From: Alphaproteobacteria bacterium
Lineage (GTDB): Bacteria > Pseudomonadota > Alphaproteobacteria > Rhodospirillales > Rhodospirillaceae
DNA length: 64,000 nt
Reading direction: 5' to 3'
Assembly (NCBI GenBank): GCA_030432435.1
Contig: JAUIGX010000001.1
Location: 3,014 to 67,013 of the forward strand
Every line of letters starts with the position of its first letter. Positions within the stretch are counted from its first letter, which is position 1. The position numbers were made by a program, and so were the translations under genes. The notes beneath the pieces were generated by a model, which saw nothing but the letters and a program-made list of their open reading frames with translations, searched no databases and was not told where the DNA came from. Positions 18,477 to 26,325 of this stretch are shown piece by piece.

Positions 18477-19535
18477 ATGTCTCTCCCCATCGCCATGAAC
18501 AAGCTCTCAGCACTCGTTCTTGCTATCCTGTTTTCATTCGCGCCAACCGCGTTTGCGCAGCAAAACACCCTAATACCCAGTTCCGAGCGCAGCGCGCGGG
18601 CACTTTCCCAAATTCTGGACCAGGCGGAGAGCCTTGGGCCGCTTAAAACGGTGATCATTGCGCAGCACGGGGAGGTGCTGGCCCAACGGGGCTATCGCGG
18701 TCATTCCGTCAGCGCGCCCACAAATATCAAGTCGGCCTCGAAATCTGTCATTTCGGCACTTGTCGGTATCGCCATCGACAAGGGGCATCTGCAAGGCACA
18801 CACCAAAAGATCGCCCCCCTGCTCCGTGAAGACCTCCCGTCGGCTCCCGATCCGCGCATCGAAGATATAACCATCGGTCACCTGCTCTCGATGCAGGCCG
18901 GGCTGAACCGCACTTCAGGGCGCAATTACGGCCGCTGGGTGAGCAGCCGCAACTGGGTGCGCGCGGCCCTCGCGCAGCCGTTTGCCGATGAACCCGGCGG
19001 AGACATGCTCTATTCGACCGGCTCCACGCATCTGCTCTCAGCGATTTTAACCCGCGTAGCTGGACGCTCTACGTTAGACCTTGCCCGCGAATGGCTCGGA
19101 CCCGCTGGAGATTTCTCTATCGCCGGCTGGCACCGCGACCCGCAAGGTATCTATCTTGGCGGCAATCAGATGGCGATGAGCGCAAAGTCCTTGTTGGGCT
19201 TCGGCGAGTTGTACCGCAACGGCGGACGAACTGCGGATGGACGGCAGCTCATTTCGCCCAGTTGGATCGAGCAATCCTGGCGCCTGCGTACGCATTCGCG
19301 CTTCACCGGGGATGGCTACGGCTATGGCTGGTTTTTGCGTGAAATCGGCGGGCACGATGTGCGTTACGCGTGGGGCTATGGGGGGCAAATGCTTTACATC
19401 GTGCCTTCCCTTGGCCTCACCTGCGTTATGACCTCTGACGACAGCCAGCCCGCAGGCCGAACCGGATATCGCGCCGAACTTCACAGCCTGGTGGGCGAGA
19501 TTATTCGCGCCGCCGATTCACCTCGCAATAGGTAA
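18477..19535 (+). CDS. Secreted serine hydrolase (beta-lactamase/PBP class C-like fold)
   Basis: Signal peptide (LVLAILFSFAPTAFAQ). SxxK motif in IKSASKSVISALVG. YST and later GYGG elements are consistent with the beta-lactamase family fold. Confidence 0.85.
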   Translation: MSLPIAMNKLSALVLAILFSFAPTAFAQQNTLIPSSERSARALSQILDQAESLGPLKTVIIAQHGEVLAQRGYRGHSVSAPTNIKSASKSVISALVGIAIDKGHLQGTHQKIAPLLREDLPSAPDPRIEDITIGHLLSMQAGLNRTSGRNYGRWVSSRNWVRAALAQPFADEPGGDMLYSTGSTHLLSAILTRVAGRSTLDLAREWLGPAGDFSIAGWHRDPQGIYLGGNQMAMSAKSLLGFGELYRNGGRTADGRQLISPSWIEQSWRLRTHSRFTGDGYGYGWFLREIGGHDVRYAWGYGGQMLYIVPSLGLTCVMTSDDSQPAGRTGYRAELHSLVGEIIRAADSPRNR

Positions 19536-19693
19536 GCGGGAGTCGGTAACTGGCCCAAAGGCTGCCCGCTGCCTCGCCTTGTGAGTACGCCACTATCCGG
19601 AGCGGATTTCGCCGCGCGATATTGTTTAGGTCCGGACTTTCATGCCGGGCCGTCTCAAGATTTCACCTCTCGCGCTCATCTCCGGCCCGTTCG

Positions 19694-20215
19694 CTACTCC
19701 GGCGCATGATCGCCGTAGTATTTATTCAGCTCACCAATTTTCGACCAAAACGGGCCCTTTGGCTCTCCTCTCAAGAGATATCCCAACAGGTCGGCATGAA
19801 GGTGCCAACCGCCGGAGTTTCCCATAAGCTCCTCGCGGGTGGGCAAACCGGTCTGGGTAATGATGAGGCGCACTTTGTCGCCCTCTGGACTCAGTTCAAA
19901 GGTCACCACCGAGTCCTTGCCACCGAACGTATATCCTAGAAGGCGCGGCGGGTCGTAATGGGTGACCCGTTCCTGGGACGTGACGTTCTCGGCATGCTGC
20001 TTGTAGTTCGCAGGGGTCGGTTCGTCGGTGATGTTGGGATGGTGAAACAATAAGTCGGCCTTGCCGCCCACTTTGGGCTCGATCTCTCCGCCGGCGAACC
20101 ATTGAGCGCGCTTGTCTGCCTCGGTCAGATACGCCCAGACCCGCTCGATAGGGCCCGGCAAGATCCGCTCGACACGAATAGTGCGCGGCTCGGGAAATGT
20201 GGCGTAGTCGGTCAT
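19694..20215 (-). CDS. SRPBCC-superfamily protein (AHSA1/START-like), module 2
   Basis: Pattern RTIRVERILPGPIERVWAYLTE...WF. It lies 16 nt downstream of ArsR paralog 2 on the same strand. Confidence 0.85.
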   Translation of the reverse strand: MTDYATFPEPRTIRVERILPGPIERVWAYLTEADKRAQWFAGGEIEPKVGGKADLLFHHPNITDEPTPANYKQHAENVTSQERVTHYDPPRLLGYTFGGKDSVVTFELSPEGDKVRLIITQTGLPTREELMGNSGGWHLHADLLGYLLRGEPKGPFWSKIGELNKYYGDHAPE

Positions 20216-20231
20216 ACCGTCCTCCTGCTTG

Positions 20232-20552
20232 TTAGTCTGTTGACTCTAAAAGAGCCTGTTCAAGCGCATCCAGCCGCGCATTCCAGAACGTCCGTTGGGT
20301 TTCCACCCACGCGGCGACCTCGTCGAGCGGCTTTGGATTTACCGAGAGAATATGCTCGCGCCCCATCTTGCGGCGGCGCACCAGCTTGGCCCGCTCGAGC
20401 ATGCGGATGTGTTTTGAAACGGCATTCAGCGACATCTTGAAAGGCTGCGCGATCTCGGTCACCCGGGCCTCGCCTTTTGACAGGCGTTGCAAAATGGCTC
20501 GCCGGGTCGGGTCGGCCAAAGCCATCATGGTGTGGTCGAGGGCAGCCTGCAT
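20232..20552 (-). CDS. ArsR/SmtB-family transcriptional regulator, module 2
   Basis: Winged-HTH region LADPTRRAILQRLSKGEARVTEIAQPFKMSLNAVSKHIRMLERAKLV. No metal-binding Cys motif. Confidence 0.9.
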   Translation of the reverse strand: MQAALDHTMMALADPTRRAILQRLSKGEARVTEIAQPFKMSLNAVSKHIRMLERAKLVRRRKMGREHILSVNPKPLDEVAAWVETQRTFWNARLDALEQALLESTD

Positions 20553-20560
20553 CGTCCGTT

Positions 20561-20590
20561 CCTATATTCAACCTTATGGTTGAATATAGG
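20561..20590. promoter_or_regulatory. Perfect 30-bp palindrome; candidate ArsR operator in a divergent promoter region
   Basis: CCTATATTCAACC-TTAT-GGTTGAATATAGG, with 13-nt arms verified base by base. It starts 9 nt upstream of the ArsR start (20552) and lies about 90 nt upstream of the CoA-transferase start (20680). Confidence 0.55.
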
Positions 20591-20679
20591 TTGCCCGCCT
20601 TTTTGTCAACGGCACCGATTGTGCACTAAAGCGCTGTTGACTACTGTCGGGTTTGCATCTCTCAGGGGGACTTTTCTAC

Positions 20680-21930
20680 ATGCCCGGTCCGTTGCACGGC
20701 ATCCGCGTTATTGAAGTTGCCAACGTCTTGCTAGGTCCTTGGGCCTGCCAAATTCTGGCGGACATGGGCGCCGACGTCATCAAGGTAGAACCGCCCGAAG
20801 GCGACCGGGCCCGGCGCACGGGGCCGCATAAAACCACCGAAAACATGGGCGCCCTATTCCTCGGACCTAACCGTAACAAACGCTCGGTTGTCATTGATTT
20901 AGCATCAAAATTAGGCCGTGATTCATTTCTAAAATTAACTGAGTCTGCGGACGTTCTGGTTCATAATCTACGGCCTCAGATGATGGCCCATTTGGGCCTC
21001 GACTACGCCGCGCTAAGCGCTGTGAATCCCGACATCATTTACGCCAGCGCCTGCGGCTATGGACAAACGGGGCCCTACGCTGAACGCAGCGCGCTCGAAG
21101 ATGCGATGCAGGCAGCTTGCGGACTGGTCAAACTAAACGAGCGCATTTTCGGCGAGCCGCGCTACACCCCGACGGCGGCCTGCGAGAAAACCACGGCCCT
21201 CATGTTAGTCTGCGGTATTCTGAGCGCGGTTTATCACCGGACGCAAACCGGCGAAGGACAAGAGGTCCAAGTGCCCATGATGGAAACCATGGTGGGCTAT
21301 TTGATGATTGAGCACCTGTGGGGCAAGACCTTTGACCCACCTCAAGGGCACATGGGCTACAAGGGCTCGCTCAGTGCCGGCCGCAGGCCCGCCGCGACCA
21401 AGGACGGCTTTATTGCCATCCTTACCTACCTTGATCCGGCCTGGGACAATTTCTGCAATATGGTTGACCGACCCGACCTACTTGCCGATCCGAGATTCAA
21501 ATCTCTCGCCGAGCGCATCCGCCATATCGACGACGTGTATGCGGAGACGGCCAAAATCATGGCCACAAAAACCACCGCCGAATGGGAAGCCCTCTTTAAG
21601 GGCACCAGCATGCCCTACACGATCGTGAATACCCTGGAGGACTTGGCCGAAGACCCGCACCTCAAGGCCGTGGGTTTCTGGAAGTCCGCCGCCCATCCGA
21701 CCGAAGGCAAATTGCGCTGGCCGGGCTTCCCGGTCAATTATTCGGACAGCCTCGCCGAGGATCGACGCCCGGCTCCGCGCCTTGGCGAGCATAGCACTGA
21801 GATTCTCCGCGAAGCCGGATTCAGCGAGGCCGAGATCGAGGCCATGCTGGCCGATGGTACGACAGCCGCAGACCCGGCAGTAGATAACGCTGCGGACCCG
21901 GCGATAGTTAACTCCCCGCGGGTCTCCTGA
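20680..21930 (+). CDS. Family III CoA-transferase, paralog 2 (variant nucleophile position)
   Basis: N-terminus MPGPLHGIRVIEV...ADMGADVIKVEPP. In my by-eye alignment the position matching the AD of paralogs 1 and 3 reads CE (TAACEKTTAL). It has a C-terminal extension of about 20 aa. ATG 20680 was chosen inside ORF 20653..21930. Confidence 0.9.
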   Translation: MPGPLHGIRVIEVANVLLGPWACQILADMGADVIKVEPPEGDRARRTGPHKTTENMGALFLGPNRNKRSVVIDLASKLGRDSFLKLTESADVLVHNLRPQMMAHLGLDYAALSAVNPDIIYASACGYGQTGPYAERSALEDAMQAACGLVKLNERIFGEPRYTPTAACEKTTALMLVCGILSAVYHRTQTGEGQEVQVPMMETMVGYLMIEHLWGKTFDPPQGHMGYKGSLSAGRRPAATKDGFIAILTYLDPAWDNFCNMVDRPDLLADPRFKSLAERIRHIDDVYAETAKIMATKTTAEWEALFKGTSMPYTIVNTLEDLAEDPHLKAVGFWKSAAHPTEGKLRWPGFPVNYSDSLAEDRRPAPRLGEHSTEILREAGFSEAEIEAMLADGTTAADPAVDNAADPAIVNSPRVS

Positions 21931-21931
21931 C

Positions 21932-23131
21932 ATGCCTGGTCCTCTGCACGGCGTGCGTATCCTCGAACTCGCCCATGTGATTCTTGGTCCCTATGCCTGC
22001 CAGATCCTTGCCGACATGGGCGCGGAGGTGATCAAGATCGAGCCACCCACCGGCGACAAAATGCGGACTCTTGGCGCGGTCGCAAACTCTCCGGACATGG
22101 GCTCTCTGTTCCTCGCGTGCAATCGCAACAAGAGGAGTCTTGTGCTTGATTTAAAAAAGAAATCGGCCCGTGAGGTTGTGCTGAAGTTGGCCAGAACCGC
22201 TGACGTGGTTTTGCATAACAACCGACCTCAGGTGATGACGAAACTCGGCCTTGATTACGCTGATTTCAAAGCGGTAAATCCGAAAATCATCTACTGCGGT
22301 GCCTATGGCTACAGCAAGAAGGGCCCATACGGCGAACGCGGCGCGCTTGATGAAGCCATCCAGGCTGCAGGCGGCATCGCCGATTTGAACGGGCGGGCCA
22401 ACGGCCATCCGCGCAGCGTGCCGACCGCCCTCGCCGACAAAACCAACTCGATTACAGTTGCCTATGCGGTGCTCGGCGCCCTGATCCACCGCTCCCGCAC
22501 CGGGAGGGGTCAGGAGGTTGAGGTGCCCATGCTGGAAACCATGGTCAACTATGTATTAGCGGAGCACCTGGGAGGTATGAGCTTTGACCCACCACTTGCC
22601 GGAGCCGGATATGCACCGCTGATCAGTCCCAAGCGCCAACCCGCCCGCACCCAGGATGGTTATGTTGCGATCCTTCCTTCGCTAGACCCGCATTGGGAAA
22701 TTTTCTGTACGCGGGCGGGGCGGACCGATTTGCTATCCGACCCCAGGTTCAAGACCGCCGACGCGCGGGTCAAAAACGCCGACGCCGCCTATGGAGAAAC
22801 GGCAAAGATACTGGCCACCAATACCACTCAGCACTGGATGGACGTGTTCAAAGACACGAGCGTGCCGATCACACCCCTCAACGATCTTGAGGATTTAATC
22901 ACCGATCCGCACCTGGAGGCCGTCGGCTTCTGGCAAATGAGCGAACATCCGACCGAGGGGCGCGTACGTATGCCCGCGTTCCCCATCCACTATTCCAAAA
23001 CGCCCGCGGAAAACCGCCGCCACATCCCGAATTTAGGAGAACACAGTGTCGAGGTTCTGAAGGAAGCGGGCCTTACTCGAAAGGACATCGACGGCCTGCT
23101 CGCCAACGGAACCACAGCGCAAAAAGCGTAA
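21932..23131 (+). CDS. Family III CoA-transferase, paralog 3
   Basis: N-terminus MPGPLHGVRILEL...ADMGAEVIKIEPP, then ALADKTNSI...RSRTGRGQEVEV. Its ATG begins 1 nt after the TGA of paralog 2. Confidence 0.9.
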   Translation: MPGPLHGVRILELAHVILGPYACQILADMGAEVIKIEPPTGDKMRTLGAVANSPDMGSLFLACNRNKRSLVLDLKKKSAREVVLKLARTADVVLHNNRPQVMTKLGLDYADFKAVNPKIIYCGAYGYSKKGPYGERGALDEAIQAAGGIADLNGRANGHPRSVPTALADKTNSITVAYAVLGALIHRSRTGRGQEVEVPMLETMVNYVLAEHLGGMSFDPPLAGAGYAPLISPKRQPARTQDGYVAILPSLDPHWEIFCTRAGRTDLLSDPRFKTADARVKNADAAYGETAKILATNTTQHWMDVFKDTSVPITPLNDLEDLITDPHLEAVGFWQMSEHPTEGRVRMPAFPIHYSKTPAENRRHIPNLGEHSVEVLKEAGLTRKDIDGLLANGTTAQKA

Positions 23132-23133
23132 TG

Positions 23134-23829
23134 TTACCCCGTGGGCTTGGAGGTTTGGCCAAAGAGGATTTTTCGGGACTCTTCCGTCACCACCGCGGCC
23201 GAGCTTATTTCCCGGCCTTTCTCATATGCTCTCGCCGTCGCAGGACGGCATGCGATAGCCTCAAACCAACGCTTGAGATTAGGAAATTCGTTAATGTCTT
23301 GCTTCTGGCGCTCGTGTGGCACAACCCAGGGGTAGCAGGCCATATCAGCGATAGAATACTCACCGGAGATAAAATCGCGGCCCTCAAGGCGCTTGTTCAG
23401 CACACCATAAAGCCGGTTTGTCTCGGCGATATAGCGGTCCATCGCATAAGGAATACGCTCGGGCGCATATTGAACAAAGTGGTGGTTCTGGCCGGCCATC
23501 GGTCCTAGCCCGCCCATTTGCCAAAACAGCCATTGCATGACCTCCGTCCGAGCGCGCCCCTCCGCAGGGATGAACTGCCCGGTTTTTTCGGCGAGATATT
23601 GCAAGATTGCGCCGGACTCAAAAACAGACAGGGGGGCGCCGCCGTCGGCGGGCTCGGTATCGACAATCGCCGGCATACGATTGTTGGGCGCAATGCGTAG
23701 AAAGTCAGGATTGAACTGCTCACCCGCGCCGATGTTCACAGGAACAATCCGATACGGCAGCCCCGCTTCTTCGAGAAAGATCGTGATTTTATGGCCGTTG
23801 GGTGTGGGCCAGTAATGCAGATCAATCAT
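23134..23829 (-). CDS. yfcG: Nu-class glutathione S-transferase (YfcG-like disulfide reductase)
   Basis: N-terminus MIDLHYWPTPNGHKITIFLEEAGLPYR...FLRIAPNNRMPAIVD..PADGG.PLSVFESGAILQYLAEKTG. It is nearly collinear with E. coli YfcG as I recall it. Confidence 0.85.
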   Translation of the reverse strand: MIDLHYWPTPNGHKITIFLEEAGLPYRIVPVNIGAGEQFNPDFLRIAPNNRMPAIVDTEPADGGAPLSVFESGAILQYLAEKTGQFIPAEGRARTEVMQWLFWQMGGLGPMAGQNHHFVQYAPERIPYAMDRYIAETNRLYGVLNKRLEGRDFISGEYSIADMACYPWVVPHERQKQDINEFPNLKRWFEAIACRPATARAYEKGREISSAAVVTEESRKILFGQTSKPTG

Positions 23830-23840
23830 TTAACGTCCGA

Positions 23841-24557
23841 TCACCGAAAGTTCGGCGTACGGCGCTGGGCGAACCGTTCAAAAATCCCGCGCGGACTGGG
23901 GAGGTTTTTAAGGCGCTCCGTGATGCGACTTTTGATCTGAGGCACCTTCATCACATCGGCGATCCGTCGGTCCAAGAATGCCCAGGTGGCCGTACAATCC
24001 TCAGACTTGTCATCCAGCCAGTACAGCAGAGTTGTGCCGTACACCGCCGCAAGAAGGCCGCGCTTAGTGTAAAAATTAAAGTCGGTGGACTTATCGCCCG
24101 CCGCGCGCCAAATGGCGTCGACGGTTTTGTACCAGCCGCGCATGGTTCCGCCCGCAAACGGCGGTAGGGGCGCAAGAACAAGGGCCCGCCGCACGGCTTC
24201 GCGGTATGGCGTCCAGCGCTCAAGCCGCAGACGCACGGCAATGGAGATGCGCTCGCGCACCTTCATGGACGGCAGATCGTACGCAGCCAGGTCTTCCAGC
24301 ATGCGCCGGTCGGCAAGATCGATGAAATGAGCGATAGCGTCTTTGACGCCGCCGGGGAAAAACCGGCGCACGGCGCCCGCACCAACCCCTGTGCTTTCCG
24401 CGGCCGCAGCCAAGGCTTTATCGCTCCAGCCTTCGAAAGGGATATGCGGAAGTGCCGCCATTATCAGCGCATCACGCTGCGCAGCCCTCTCCTGCCGGGC
24501 GGCATCCATTGCTTCTTCGTTGGGGCTCGCTTTGCCCGTCGTGCTTGACGTGCTCAT
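23841..24557 (-). CDS. COQ9-like protein (family known as 'rpsU-divergently transcribed protein')
   Basis: 238 aa. TetR-like N-terminal helices lead into a COQ9-type helical domain (ALPHIPFEGWSD.AL......G......FPGG..D.I..F). It sits on the strand opposite rpsU, and its start overlaps the def stop (ATGA at 24554..24557). Confidence 0.65.
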   Translation of the reverse strand: MSTSSTTGKASPNEEAMDAARQERAAQRDALIMAALPHIPFEGWSDKALAAAAESTGVGAGAVRRFFPGGVKDAIAHFIDLADRRMLEDLAAYDLPSMKVRERISIAVRLRLERWTPYREAVRRALVLAPLPPFAGGTMRGWYKTVDAIWRAAGDKSTDFNFYTKRGLLAAVYGTTLLYWLDDKSEDCTATWAFLDRRIADVMKVPQIKSRITERLKNLPSPRGIFERFAQRRTPNFR

Positions 24558-25117
24558 TCCGGATTGCGCCCTTCTTCATCGAGATCCAAGGTTTCACCCC
24601 TCGCCCGCGCCTCGGTCTCCAGCACATCGACAAAAGCGAGTGACTTCATGTCGCTCATGCGCATCGGGTAGAGAATTCCATCGAGGTGGTCGCATTCGTG
24701 CTGGACCACGCGGGCATGAAAGTCTTCAGCCTCGCGCTCCACCGTTGCACCGCTCAAATCTTGGTAACGATACTTGATGGCCGTGTAGCGCGGCACTTCG
24801 CCGGTAAGGCCCGGAACAGACAGGCACGCCTCCCAACCCTCGTCTTGTTCTTGCGTAACCGGCGTAATCACTGGATTGATCATCACTGTAAGGGGCACTT
24901 CGACGCCCTTATTGCGCTCCGCCGGTACAAAGAACATCACGATACGCTTTGGCACCGAGACTTGCGGCGCGGCGAGCCCGACACCGCGCGCCTCGGTCAT
25001 GGTTTCAAGCATATTATCGACGAGGGCCGGTAGAGACGGATCCTTAAAATCGGTCACTTCCTCGGCGCGGCGTTTCAAAACATCTGCGCCCATACGGGCA
25101 ATCGGAAGAACTGGCAT
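24554..25117 (-). CDS. def: Peptide deformylase
   Basis: Motifs GVGLAAPQV, EACLSVPG (a variant of EGCLS) and HECDHLDG. Confidence 0.9.
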   Translation of the reverse strand: MPVLPIARMGADVLKRRAEEVTDFKDPSLPALVDNMLETMTEARGVGLAAPQVSVPKRIVMFFVPAERNKGVEVPLTVMINPVITPVTQEQDEGWEACLSVPGLTGEVPRYTAIKYRYQDLSGATVEREAEDFHARVVQHECDHLDGILYPMRMSDMKSLAFVDVLETEARARGETLDLDEEGRNPE

Positions 25118-25233
25118 GGCAATCTAATTATCAAAAGAGTTTCAAGTGTGGACGCGGAAAGTACTATGTCTTCCGTGTTTCTGACAGGTTTAATCGAGCA
25201 CCTCTGGGCATGGCCCCAAACATAAGGACTCTC

Positions 25234-25689
25234 ATGGACACCGCAGATTACATAGCCATTCAGAACCTGTTGCATAGGTACTGCGACCTTCTCGACCGAG
25301 GTAACTTGGATGGCGTTGGTGCGATATTTGCCCATGCGGTCGTGCATCTGCCGGGTATGGACAAACCCTTCAACAAGGACGCCGCTGGTGTCGCCGGCAA
25401 CTACAAGAAGTTTGTGCGACTTTATGAGGATGGAACGCCGCGCACCCGGCACGTCAGCACCAATCTCATTCTTGAGGCGGACGGCCCTGACCGTGCGAAA
25501 GCTCAATCCTACGTGATGGTGTTTCAGGCGGCGGACACGTTTCCGCTGCAACCCCTTGTTGCTGCCCGGTATCAAGATGCATTCGAGCGCGTGGACGGTA
25601 CGTGGCGATTTGCAGAGCGCATCATGGAAACCGATTTATACGGAGACCTATCCGCGCACATGCTTCTGGACTTTGGACAGGGCGCATAA
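25234..25689 (+). CDS. SnoaL-like / NTF2-fold protein
   Basis: N-terminus DYIAIQNLLHRYCDLLDRGNLDGVGAIFA, typical of SnoaL_4-type proteins. ATG 25234 is preceded by AAGGA, whereas ATG 25210 has no SD. Confidence 0.7.
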   Translation: MDTADYIAIQNLLHRYCDLLDRGNLDGVGAIFAHAVVHLPGMDKPFNKDAAGVAGNYKKFVRLYEDGTPRTRHVSTNLILEADGPDRAKAQSYVMVFQAADTFPLQPLVAARYQDAFERVDGTWRFAERIMETDLYGDLSAHMLLDFGQGA

Positions 25690-25962
25690 GTATCGCAAAA
25701 ACTGATCTTTTCACGCCGTCCTCCCCCATCGTTCCGGTAAACTGTATCGCGCGCCGTCCCTGGGACCAAAGTCCTATCGGGGCGTGTCCTGGAGGCACCA
25801 CGGTCAGAAAACCGTTCGGTCTTGTAAAAAACCGCAGAAAACGGCGCTTGACCGGCCTTCCCATGTGGAAATCCCTGTGATATATACCCGCCCCTATTGA
25901 GGCTGCCCTTTAACGACAGATGGAGGCGCCCGACAGAAACACGCATCCGAAGGAGAACGACC

Positions 25963-26169
25963 CTGGTACAGGTAGTAGTGCGCGACAATAACGTCGATCA
26001 GGCCTTAAAAGCGCTGAAGAAAAAGATGCAGCGCGAAGGTGTTTTCAGAGAAATGAAGCTTCGTAAGTCTTACGAAAAGCCGTCTGAGAAGAAGGCCCGT
26101 GAGAAAGCCGAAGCTGTGCGCCGCGCCCGCAAGATGGAGCGCAAGCGTCTGGAACGCGAAGGCTTCTAG
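25963..26169 (+). CDS. rpsU: 30S ribosomal protein S21 (start codon uncertain; see findings)
   Basis: Sequence (L/M)[56 protein letters not shown]. The ORF is open from TTG 25897. AGGAGA sits 6 nt before CTG 25963, and the next canonical in-frame start is GTG 25978. Confidence 0.9.
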   Translation: MVQVVVRDNNVDQALKALKKKMQREGVFREMKLRKSYEKPSEKKAREKAEAVRRARKMERKRLEREGF

Positions 26170-26226
26170 AGCACTCTAGAGCCATTGGGACTGGCCCTCG
26201 CCGTCCCTTTTCACGTCGATCAGTTG

Positions 26227-26256
26227 AAACGGAGCGCGATTGCCGCTCCGTTTTTT
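26227..26256 (+). terminator. Rho-independent terminator after rpsU
   Basis: AAACGGAGCG-cgattg-CGCTCCGTTT followed by TTTT. A weaker GGGAC...GTCCCTTTT hairpin precedes it at about 26196..26218. Confidence 0.8.
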
Positions 26257-26325
26257 GCTGTTAACGCCCCGGAAACCCGGCGCGGGTACTGTTGCCCCGT
26301 TCGCTATTGGGATGGGGACAATCCA

